Part shown: in pieces, positions 20,601-28,040 of the stretch
Position numbering within the stretch: the stretch's first letter is position 1
How the letters are laid out: every line of letters begins with the position of its first letter
Source of the DNA: Myxococcota bacterium
GTDB lineage: Bacteria > Myxococcota_A > UBA9160 > SZUA-336
Direction of reading: 5' to 3'
Assembly: GCA_965247115.1 (NCBI GenBank)
Contig: CBDFGR010000003.1
Coordinates: 1,216,001 to 1,280,000, forward strand
Length of the DNA: 64,000 nt
Position numbers and translations under genes: made by a program
Notes under the pieces: generated by a model
Told to the model about the DNA's origin: nothing
The model's database searches: none
What the model saw: only the letters and a program-made list of their open reading frames with translations

Positions 20601-21064
20601 CTCAAGTAGTTCTTCGACCAGAGTGTCCGTGTGCCACCTGCCGTGAACTCGGGCAGCGTAAAGCGGTACTGTTGTCCCTGCGCCGAACAGGACCAGCCCG
20701 CCGGGGCAGCGGCGCAGCCCAGCGGAATGGAGGTCTGGGAGCAGCTGACACGGTCCCCGGAGTCGAGCGAGCTTCCGCTATCGGGGCAGCGGTCGAACGG
20801 GTCTCCAATGCCGGGACAGAACCCATCCGATCCGGCCATGGCCGGCACAGGTCCGATGTCGCACTCCGCGAGGACTGCGCCCATGTCGTGGAAGAGGTCC
20901 GCGTCGAAGGCGTCGTACCACATCGCGTGCGCCATCGAGCCAGAGTTGTCCAGAAGCAGCATGACGTTTGGCGGGACCACGGAGGTGACCAGATCGAGGT
21001 CGGACTGGCCGAGCGCCCGCGTGGGCACAGCAAGCAGGAGGAGTAAGACAAGTAGGCCCCTCAT
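17654..21064 (-). CDS. pilY1: PilY1/PilC-family type IV pilus tip adhesin (vWA + beta-propeller), copy A
   Basis: Signal peptide, LLDNSGSM and VLTDG vWA motifs, GDTFHSNP, VGANDGMLHA, YYVDGSP, DLDFDSFAD Ca-binding loop. Confidence 0.9.
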   Translation of the reverse strand: MRGLLVLLLLLAVPTRALGQSDLDLVTSVVPPNVMLLLDNSGSMAHAMWYDAFDADLFHDMGAVLAECDIGPVPAMAGSDGFCPGIGDPFDRCPDSGSSLDSGDRVSCSQTSIPLGCAAAPAGWSCSAQGQQYRFTLPEFTAGGTRTLWSKNYLSWLFTQIISGTTPAIPTQDRLDTARAALLQLIDLINPDGFNENVRFGLTKFGSGNDPNGGTIDGPIGTGNKNSLVARINNTQPGGWTPLAETLVDVAEYMSGDNSVGNCAANGNIGNSNPMEDGPCRKNFVVVLTDGAPTMDNFDHNPGGTGGFMCAIGNADVDTNESPDEYTGRIDMPPYQSLGTDWLDDVGYHLYENDLRPDLPGPQNIVTYTVGFTFDHPLLRETALNSSGEYYNARTANELAATLEAALLDILERAASFTASTVPSSRTAFGDGMFSAWFIPRVGRGLWEGHLEAYRLSPSLEVVDKDGNPAIDATDTFIEPRNPFWDVYERLLDPAHPARRIYTTQGGVRADFTKATISDADLGLTPAELGLYPNDPAVPFPDTATLAGELVDFLYGQDSFDFDLDLNTSELREWVFGDTFHSNPLVIGPPPSGFRGEEGYGPLAQPGTFLNTYENRTRRLYVGANDGMLHAIEAGDYRFGDNLATPEVETDYYDLGTGNEDFAYVPGFLVPKLKLIPRNYPRSEYYVDGSPSAADAWLASSPADTTKDGTEWTTVLVTGMRQGGDGYLALDVTDPSAVGGPHGPYPKLLWELYDPSIPLGESWSEPIITRIKVKAAVGFGDHCGKNTADDGDCREQWVAIFGGGFRAAGDPNLLTYVSDPTAASWSDDSKAIFMVALDTGQVLAQVSYDGSDAQLSQMLYALPSTPAVLDLDFDSFADLIYIGDAGGQLWKWDISRIAEDTDIDGLFDGWPAGVVFRADSQLVSGGALHHRGIFFPPVVTYLSGKLTLGFATGERTDIVYQGDPGVDDNNRFYVIQDPNPTGVGSVPVAPFTEANLTDITGLTSDPDLTDLGFYFIAEDGEKFITNHAAFGGVLVTTSYLPDDGTGSVCDADGQAFAHVFDLATGQGFFDPATSSNQGRRVTSGLGVPSDPRLTVSNSLDGGVQIFLKTSAGHIVSIGAPGLLPNPVDLVYWRQRF

Positions 21065-21606
21065 CGGTACGTGTCCGATCCCTCGCTGACCCGATACTGA
21101 GCCTGGAGCTCGGCTCTCCCTCCAACGGGATCCGTCGCGACGAGGTCCGTGCGATAGATGCCAAAGGAGAAGGTGTTCCCCGTATTGAGGTTGAGCTGGT
21201 CTCCGTCGCGGCGAGCGCGCCCTACGAACTGGATCACCTGAGGTGCTGCGTTGTTGGCCGTGCCCGTTCGCACCTGGGTGTAGAACCCAGCGCTGCTCTG
21301 CACAAACTGGGAATCACTCAGGGGCGTGATGTCCGGGTATTGGGTGTCGCCGATGTGGAGCTGGTCTCTGACAAGGCTCAGGGCGCCATCCGCTGCGAAG
21401 AAGGTCCGGAGCTTGCGGGCGGTTCGTCCGCCGGCCGTCGCCTCACCCTGGGCGCTCTGAAGGGCGCTCAGCCCCACGGCGCTGATCAGGAGCAAGATGA
21501 TAACGCTGAGAAGCAGCGCGAGGCCCGCCTCGCCGGGGCGACGCGCGGCGATCGTGTGGCGGAACTCGAATACGGGTGGGCCCGGCTTCCGAGGCTCGAG
21601 CATCAT
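21061..21606 (-). CDS. pilX: PilX-like minor pilin, copy A
   Basis: Class III signal EAG/LALLLSVIILLLISAVG without Glu5, F.AADG motif; overlaps the pilY1 start. Confidence 0.8.
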   Translation of the reverse strand: MMLEPRKPGPPVFEFRHTIAARRPGEAGLALLLSVIILLLISAVGLSALQSAQGEATAGGRTARKLRTFFAADGALSLVRDQLHIGDTQYPDITPLSDSQFVQSSAGFYTQVRTGTANNAAPQVIQFVGRARRDGDQLNLNTGNTFSFGIYRTDLVATDPVGGRAELQAQYRVSEGSDTYR

Positions 21607-21609
21607 CCG

Positions 21610-21714
21610 CTCCCTTCGGTAACCGTTCGACCCGTCCAGACAGCATGAGCTGCGCTGGGCTAGGGCACTGGCTTTGCGTCACCGCCTTACGACGGCTTTG
21701 CCCTTGTCGAGGAG
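21610..21714 (-). ncRNA. c-di-GMP-I (GEMM-I) riboswitch
   Basis: ACAAGGGCAAAGCCGTC-GTAA-GGCGGTGACGCAAAGCC...GGTTACCGAAGGGAG directly before the pilX ATG. Confidence 0.9.
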
Positions 21715-21795
21715 TAGGCAGGGCGCACCTGCCCGACTCGTTGTAATTCTCCCCAAGAGCCACGGCGTCCAGGGGCCGCCGGACTCATCTGCGCT

Positions 21796-21824
21796 ATTTC
21801 GGTGACACGCGAGTGGATCTTTAG
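21796..21824 (-). promoter_or_regulatory. Putative sigma-28/WhiG-like promoter
   Basis: CTAAAG-N16-CCGAAAT. Confidence 0.6.
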
Positions 21825-21928
21825 TCAGCGCGGACACCTGCGCGAACTCGCGTGGTTCCTCCGCCCGTTGCCGTCTTGGGAGGCCCGAAGTTGGGGAGTC
21901 GGGCAAGTATTTGGATTGGGAAGCACGT

Positions 21929-22216
21929 CTAATCGGCCTCCGGGTCAAGCTCGATGGAAGTGGCAAGCAACTGACCACCCGATCGCTTGAAGCTGACCAC
22001 CACGCGCGCCCCCTCGGAGAGCTCGTCCAGGTCGTATACCTTGGCCGGGACGTAGAACTTCATGGGTCCCACATAGAAGGTGCGAGCGTGCGGGTGAACC
22101 TGGTTCACGAGGCCGGAGACGGGCCGCTCAGCCTCCGCTCCGTGGGCAGCTCCGATTCCGCCTGCAAGGCTGAGGGCGAGTGTCAGAACGGCAGCTAGAA
22201 GCCATGGTTTGCGCAC
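21929..22216 (-). CDS. Small exported beta-rich protein (DUF1344/DUF5666-like OB fold), copy B
   Basis: 95 aa, signal peptide, SD AGAGGAGG; paralog of 17349-17636. Confidence 0.8.
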   Translation of the reverse strand: MRKPWLLAAVLTLALSLAGGIGAAHGAEAERPVSGLVNQVHPHARTFYVGPMKFYVPAKVYDLDELSEGARVVVSFKRSGGQLLATSIELDPEAD

Positions 22217-22232
22217 GGTCTCCCTCCTCTGC

Positions 22233-25200
22233 TCAGAATCGCTGACGCCAGTACACGAGACTCACGGGGTCGGGCCACAGGTCGTCAGCGTCAATGGAGA
22301 TTAGCTGTCCCGAGGACGACTTCAGCAGGATCTTCACGCCGCCCTCGACCGAACTCGAGACGGTGATCCTCGGATCCGAGGGCACGCCAAGACCTGCATC
22401 GGTGCGGCGAAGGTTGGGATCGAAGAAGCCGAGTCCGGACTCGATATCGAATATATAGGCAAAGGACTGACCCACGGCGTCGCAGATATCACCGGTTCCA
22501 TCGTCGGGCTTGTAGCTCGTCGTGATGAGGATCCCGCCGAAAGCAGCGTGGTTCGTAATGAACTTCTCGCCGTCCTCGGCGATGAAGTAGAACCCGAGAT
22601 CCGTCGGGTCACTGTCCGCAGGGAGACCCGTGATATCCGTGAGATCGGCCTCCGTGTATGGCACCACCGGCACGGACGTGACGCCTGTCGGATTCGGATC
22701 CTGAAGCACGAAGAATCGATCGTTGTCATCGCTGGCGGGATCACCCTGGTAGTCGAGCTGGGTTCGCTCCCCGGTCCCGAAGGCCAGTACGAGCTGTCCC
22801 TTCAGGAACGTGGCAACCGGCGGAAAGAAGATGCTCCGGTAGTGCAGGCCGCCGCTCGAGACGTTCTCGGGCGGAATCTGAAACAGCACGCCTCCGGGCC
22901 AGTTGTCGAAGAGCCCATCGCTATCCGTATCGTCCGCAAGCTGCGAGATGTCCCACTTCCAGAGCTGTCCGCCCACATCGCCGATGTAGACCACGTCTGC
23001 GAAGCCGTCGAAATCGAGGTCCAGGACGGCTGGCGTGCTGGGCAGCGAGTAGCGCATCTCGGCGAGCTGAGGATCGGCTGGATCGTAGGCGAGCTGCGCC
23101 AGAACCTGACCGGTAGCGAGGTCAACCACAAAGATGGCCTTGCTGTCGCCGCTCCAACTGGGATCGGCCGGATCCGAGACGTAGGTAGGGAAGTTCGGAT
23201 CGCCACTCGCACGGTACCCCCCGCCGAACACCGCGACCCATTGCTCACGGCAATCGCCGTCGTCACCGTCCGCGCCGCAGTGGTCGCCAAAGCCCGTACC
23301 TGCCCTGACCTTTACCCGCGTGATGATCGGCTCCGACCAGGTCTCTCCCAGTGGGACGGTCGGATCGTCAAGCTCCCAGAGGAGCTTCGGATACGGACCG
23401 TGCGAGCCGCCAACTGCAGCGGGATCCGTGACGTCGAGCGCGAGATACCCGTCCCCACCCTCGCGCATTCCCGTGACCATGACCGTCGTCCACTCGTCGG
23501 GCTCCTTGACGGTATCCAGCGCGGAGCTCCCGAGCCAGGCATCCGCAGCAGACGGGCTGCCGTCCACGTAGTACTCCGTGCGCGGGAAGTTCCGCGGGAT
23601 CAGCTTGATCCTATCCAGGAGGAACCCTGGGATGTACGCGAACTGCTCGTCACCGCTGCCCAGGTCGTAGTAGCTGGTCTCGATCTCCGGCGTAGCGGGG
23701 TTGTCGCCGGAGTTGAAGTTGCCTGCCTCGATAGCGTGGAGCATGCCATCGTTGGCTCCGGCAAAGAGACGCCTCGACCTCTCCTTGTAGAGGTCGAGGA
23801 AGGTCCCGGGTTGGGCGAGCGGACCGTAGCCCTCTTCTTTCCTCAGGCCGGGCGGTGGCGCTCCGATCACGAGCGGGTTCGAGTGGAACACGTCGCCGAG
23901 CACGGCATCGCGCAGCTCAGAGGTATCCGCGTCCCTGTCCTCATCAAACGTGTCGTGTCCGTACAGGTAGCTCACCAACCCGTCGGCCAGCGCTTCGGTG
24001 TCTGCGAAGGGAACCGCTGGGTCGTTTGGATAGAGACCGAGCTCGGAAGTCTGCAGAGCGAGAGCTGTGGCGTCGATGGTCGTGGTGTTGAAGTCCGCTC
24101 GGATTCCCATCTCTGTGGTGTATATCTGCCGAGTCGGATGGGAGGGGCTCCGAAGCCGATCGTGCACGTCCCAGAACGGATTGTGCGGCTCGATGAAAAC
24201 GTCTGTCGCGTCGATGGCCGGATTGCCGTTGCGGTCGAGCACTTCCAGCGCCGGGGACAGCCGGTATGCCTCGATGTGACCCTCCCAGAAGCCGTTGCCA
24301 GGCCGGGGCATGAAGGAGGCCACGAACATGCCGTCTCCGAAGGCCGTGCGACTTGACGGAACGGTCGTGGCAGCGAAGGACGTGGAGCGCTCGATGATGT
24401 CGACGAGGGCCGCCTGGAGCGTCGTAGCAAGCTCACTCGCGTTGCTCGCCACGAAGTACTGCCCGGTGCTGTTGACTGCCGTGTCGCGAAGCAACGGGTG
24501 ATCGATGGTGAAGCCGACCGAATAGGTCACGATGTTCTGCGTGCCCGTCAGGTCGGGGCGCAGATCCGTGTTGTACAAGTGGTAGGCAACGTCATCCAAC
24601 CAGTCTGTTCCGTCGGACTGGTAGGGAGGCATATCCGTGCGTCCGCTGTACGCGTCGGGGGACTCGTCCGTGTCCCCGTCCGCGTTGCCGATCGCGCAGA
24701 CGAAATCCGCGGTGCCAGGGCCGTTCCGGAAGTCATCCCTGGTGGGCTCGCCATCCGTCAGGACAACCACGAAGTTCTTCCGGCAGTCGCCATCCTCCAT
24801 GGGGTTGGACCCGCTGATGCTGCCCGACGCGGAGCAGCTGCCAACGGAGTTGTCTCCGGACATGTTCTCTGCAATGTCGACGAGGGTCTCTGCCAGAGGG
24901 GTCCAGGTGGTGGGATCGGTGTCCTCGATTTCGTCGATGAGCGAGGACTTGTTTCCGCTCGCGATCGGCTCCCGGATGTAGCCGCCACTTGGCTCACTGC
25001 CCGAGCGAAAGTTCGCGAGCCCAAAGCGGACAGCTTCAGGCTGCCCGTCGGGATTGATCAGGTCGACGAGCTCGAGGAGGGCGTCCCGCGCCGTATCGAT
25101 CCGGTCCACGTTGGGGATTGTCGGGGTGTTCCCGTTGAGCAGCTCCGCGAAGAGCCAGCTCAGGTAGTTCCTTGACCATCGTGTGGTGCCACCACTCGTG

Positions 25201-25616
25201 AACTCCGGCAGCGTGAAGTGGTAGCGCGACCCCGTAGAGCAGGACCAGCCGGCCGGTGCAGCAGAGCAGCCCCCTGGAACCGTACCGAGGTCGCAGTGCA
25301 CGTGACTGCCGGAGCTCTTCCTGTTCCCGTTGTCGGGACAGCGGTCCAGGCTGTCTCCGCTACCGGGGCAGAACCCGTCCGAGCCCGCAATCGCCGGGAC
25401 CGAGCCGATGTCGCAATCGTTCCGAACCGCTCCCACGTCGTAGAACACTCCCGGGTCGAAGTCGCCGTGCCACATGGCGTGCGCCATCGAGCCGGAGTTG
25501 TCCAGAAGGATCATCACGTTCGGGGGCACGGCCGTGGTGACCAGGTCGAGGTCGGACTGTGCCTGGGCACTGCCGGCTGCGAGAACCATGAGTGCCGCGA
25601 CGAGCGTGACTCTCAT
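22233..25616 (-). CDS. pilY1: PilY1/PilC-family type IV pilus tip adhesin, copy B
   Basis: Same motifs as copy A, colinear along its whole length. Confidence 0.9.
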   Translation of the reverse strand: MRVTLVAALMVLAAGSAQAQSDLDLVTTAVPPNVMILLDNSGSMAHAMWHGDFDPGVFYDVGAVRNDCDIGSVPAIAGSDGFCPGSGDSLDRCPDNGNRKSSGSHVHCDLGTVPGGCSAAPAGWSCSTGSRYHFTLPEFTSGGTTRWSRNYLSWLFAELLNGNTPTIPNVDRIDTARDALLELVDLINPDGQPEAVRFGLANFRSGSEPSGGYIREPIASGNKSSLIDEIEDTDPTTWTPLAETLVDIAENMSGDNSVGSCSASGSISGSNPMEDGDCRKNFVVVLTDGEPTRDDFRNGPGTADFVCAIGNADGDTDESPDAYSGRTDMPPYQSDGTDWLDDVAYHLYNTDLRPDLTGTQNIVTYSVGFTIDHPLLRDTAVNSTGQYFVASNASELATTLQAALVDIIERSTSFAATTVPSSRTAFGDGMFVASFMPRPGNGFWEGHIEAYRLSPALEVLDRNGNPAIDATDVFIEPHNPFWDVHDRLRSPSHPTRQIYTTEMGIRADFNTTTIDATALALQTSELGLYPNDPAVPFADTEALADGLVSYLYGHDTFDEDRDADTSELRDAVLGDVFHSNPLVIGAPPPGLRKEEGYGPLAQPGTFLDLYKERSRRLFAGANDGMLHAIEAGNFNSGDNPATPEIETSYYDLGSGDEQFAYIPGFLLDRIKLIPRNFPRTEYYVDGSPSAADAWLGSSALDTVKEPDEWTTVMVTGMREGGDGYLALDVTDPAAVGGSHGPYPKLLWELDDPTVPLGETWSEPIITRVKVRAGTGFGDHCGADGDDGDCREQWVAVFGGGYRASGDPNFPTYVSDPADPSWSGDSKAIFVVDLATGQVLAQLAYDPADPQLAEMRYSLPSTPAVLDLDFDGFADVVYIGDVGGQLWKWDISQLADDTDSDGLFDNWPGGVLFQIPPENVSSGGLHYRSIFFPPVATFLKGQLVLAFGTGERTQLDYQGDPASDDNDRFFVLQDPNPTGVTSVPVVPYTEADLTDITGLPADSDPTDLGFYFIAEDGEKFITNHAAFGGILITTSYKPDDGTGDICDAVGQSFAYIFDIESGLGFFDPNLRRTDAGLGVPSDPRITVSSSVEGGVKILLKSSSGQLISIDADDLWPDPVSLVYWRQRF

Positions 25617-26155
25617 CTGTACGTGTCAGCTCCCTCGCTGACCCGGTACTGCGCCTGGAGCTCGACGCTTCCCCCCACAGGATCCGTCGCGACGACTTCC
25701 GTGCGATAGATTCCGAATGTGAAGGTGTTGCTCGAGTTGATGTTCAGCTGATCGCCGTCCCTGCGTGCACGGCCAACGAGGAGGATCTCCTGAGGCACGG
25801 CGCTGCTCGTGCTCCCGGTTCGAACCTGCGTGTAGAGGTCCGCGCTGTTCTTCAAGAACTGCGAGTCATTCAGCGCCGTGATGTTCGGGTACTGGGTATC
25901 GCCGATCGTGAGCTGATCCTTGACCAGGCTCAGCCCCCCGTCGGCGGCGAAAAAGGTTCGGAGCTTGCGGGCGGTCCGGCCACCTGCGCTCGCCTCGCCC
26001 TGGGCACTCTGGAGGGCACTGAGACCCACGGCACTGATCAGGAGGAGAATGATGACGCTGAGAAGAAGAGCGATGCCGGCCTCGTCGCGGCGGCGTGTCT
26101 CGAACTTCTTGTGGCGCTCAACGGGTGGGCTCGGCTTCCGAGGCACGAGCATCAT
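25613..26155 (-). CDS. pilX: PilX-like minor pilin, copy B
   Basis: EAG/IALLLSVIILLLISAVG class III signal; paralog of 21061-21606. Confidence 0.8.
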   Translation of the reverse strand: MMLVPRKPSPPVERHKKFETRRRDEAGIALLLSVIILLLISAVGLSALQSAQGEASAGGRTARKLRTFFAADGGLSLVKDQLTIGDTQYPNITALNDSQFLKNSADLYTQVRTGSTSSAVPQEILLVGRARRDGDQLNINSSNTFTFGIYRTEVVATDPVGGSVELQAQYRVSEGADTYR

Positions 26156-26159
26156 CCGG

Positions 26160-26252
26160 TCCCTTCGGTAGCCGTTCGACCCACCCGCCTGCGCAGGCTA
26201 GGGCACTGGCTTTGCGTCACCGCCTTACGACGGCTTTGCCCTTGTCGAGGAG
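26160..26252 (-). ncRNA. c-di-GMP-I (GEMM-I) riboswitch
   Basis: Core identical to 21610-21714, shorter distal stem, 3' GGCTACCGAAGGGA. Confidence 0.9.
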
Positions 26253-26333
26253 CAGGCAGGACGTACCTGCCCAACTCTGTGTGATTCTCCCAACGAGCCC
26301 CGGAACCGCAAGGCACCTTGACTCACGTGCACT

Positions 26334-26362
26334 GTTTCGGAGACACATGCTGCGATCTTTAG
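26334..26362 (-). promoter_or_regulatory. Putative sigma-28/WhiG-like promoter
   Basis: CTAAAG-N16-CCGAAAC. Confidence 0.6.
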
Positions 26363-26419
26363 CCAACGCCCGACAGGCTGGGGAGCCGTACTGTCCCCAG
26401 ACCTCTTGCGCGCCCGCGA

Positions 26420-27031
26420 AACTCCCGATGTCGACGTAACCGGCAAGAAGGTGAGTCACCCCATTGTGGAGCGCCAGGTTTCGGCCCTCCGCCGCGTCCC
26501 GGGCCTCGAAGATGGGGTCATGCCCTCCCCCAAGTGTGAGCTTGCCTTCACGCCCGATTTCTTCCGCAGTTCCGAACTCCTCGAACAGAGACACGCACGG
26601 TTAGGCGTCTTCCCAGCCCGCGCCGTCGAGTGCCTGCAGTCCCACTAGGTAACAGCTGTAGCGATCCGCGATCGTGAGCGGATAGCAGGAGCCCCAGGAC
26701 CCGGACTGGCTCTGTAGTCCGCCGTCCCGGCGTTTCGCCGGCGAGCTCCAACCAGCAGCTTGCGTGGTCCGCACGTAGGATGACGGCGACGGGCTGCGAC
26801 GAGCGCCTGCTCCGCAGCCTTCGACATTTGGTGCGGGCAGTGGTGCGGAGCTCGGCCTCGGTCTTCCAGCCCCGCGGCTCCTTGCTCGCGGAAGCGGTGG
26901 ATCCACTTGTAGCCCGTCTGGCCGCTCACCCCAAAACGCTGACACAGCTCGATCATGGTGTAGAGCCTGCTCTCGTAGTCCGCGATGGACCGAATCCTCT
27001 CTTGCACGGCTGACGTCTCCGCCCAGGGCAT
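26420..27031 (-). pseudogene. Degraded IS481-family transposase
   Basis: MPW...ER..FGVS..TGYKW..R HTH start; integrase-core piece CYPLTIADRYS in another frame; stops and internal deletions; left boundary approximate. Confidence 0.8.
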
Positions 27032-27116
27032 CGCTGCCCCCTTTGCCAGAACCCAGCGAGGAGAGTGTCAGCGATGTTCTGGTACTGGAATGTCAACCAC
27101 CTACCAGGTCTGTACC

Positions 27117-27145
27117 TTGACAGAATAAGTAGAAGGCCCTATTCT
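27117..27145 (+). promoter_or_regulatory. Sigma-70-type promoter of the RAYT-like gene
   Basis: TTGACA-N17-TATTCT, overlapped by inverted repeat GTAGAA-N7-TTCTAC. Confidence 0.65.
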
Positions 27146-27163
27146 ACACCAATTGGTGATTGA

Positions 27164-27862
27164 GTGACGAAATCAAACAGGCAGCTCTCCCTTGATCTAC
27201 GGCCGCCCGCGCGGCGTGGTGGTCGGCGCGAGGGGGCTGGGCGCAAGCCTGGGCCGAATCCGCTGGTTCGGCACCGACGTCGGCAGAGTCTCGCCTCGAG
27301 GCATCCGTGCCACGTGACCCTACGGGTCAGGGAAGGTGCTCCGTCGTTGCGAGCTCCGGCCTTCGTGCAGGCGTTCGAGGAGACGCTGGCACGGGGTTGT
27401 GACCGTGGAGAGTTTCGCCTCGTTCACTACGCGCTCTTGAGGGATCACGCACACTTCATCGTCGAGGCGAAGGATGGTGGTGCGCTCGGTCGGGGGATGA
27501 AGTCTCTCGGCAGGAGGATGGTCTGGGCGATGCGGCGTGCGTTTGGGTGGCGTGGGGGGCTGCTGGCGGATCGCTACCACATGCGGGTGTTGAAGACGCC
27601 GCGCGAGGTCCGGAATACGATCCGGTACGTGCTGCTCAACGCGGCACGGCATCGGCGGAGAGCGGTCCGGGAGCTGGATCCCGCCTCGTCGGGACGCTGG
27701 TTCGATGGCTGGAGAAGAGGCTCTGCTGCACACAACGAGCGTCGCACGGGGCCTCGATCCGTAGCCCCCGCACACACGTGGCTGTTGACGATGGGGTGGC
27801 GGCGGTACGGGTTGCTCGATCCCCTGGATGTACCGGGAGCAGCTCGCGCTTCGCCTGCCTAG
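27164..27862 (+). CDS. HUH Y1 transposase, REP-associated (RAYT)/IS200-like
   Basis: HVTLR, VHYAL..DHAHFIVE (HUH), DRYH..L..P.EVR...RYVLLN catalytic Tyr helix. Confidence 0.85.
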   Translation: MTKSNRQLSLDLRPPARRGGRREGAGRKPGPNPLVRHRRRQSLASRHPCHVTLRVREGAPSLRAPAFVQAFEETLARGCDRGEFRLVHYALLRDHAHFIVEAKDGGALGRGMKSLGRRMVWAMRRAFGWRGGLLADRYHMRVLKTPREVRNTIRYVLLNAARHRRRAVRELDPASSGRWFDGWRRGSAAHNERRTGPRSVAPAHTWLLTMGWRRYGLLDPLDVPGAARASPA

Positions 27863-28040
27863 TGGGCGGGTACGCTCGTGGTACAGCTCTGTGAGCTCCA
27901 TCCCGAGCGCGCCGTTTGGGTATGAAGAGACGGTCCTAGCCGTCTCGTACCGGAGCAGATGCCGAACAGCATCCCAACGACGCCGAACCAGATCCAGATG
28001 ACGCGGTGAGAAAGGGGGTCCTCTCTGCCCGTCGGTCCGG

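Noticed and set aside
17654..25616. Diversity-generating retroelement or recombinational shuffling of the pilY1 copies
   Set aside because: No reverse transcriptase, invertase or adenine-specific TR/VR pair seen; differences look like ordinary paralog divergence
21610..26252. c-AMP-GMP (GEMM-Ib) specificity for the pilX riboswitches
   Set aside because: The position-20 equivalent is G and C92 is intact, matching c-di-GMP-type aptamers
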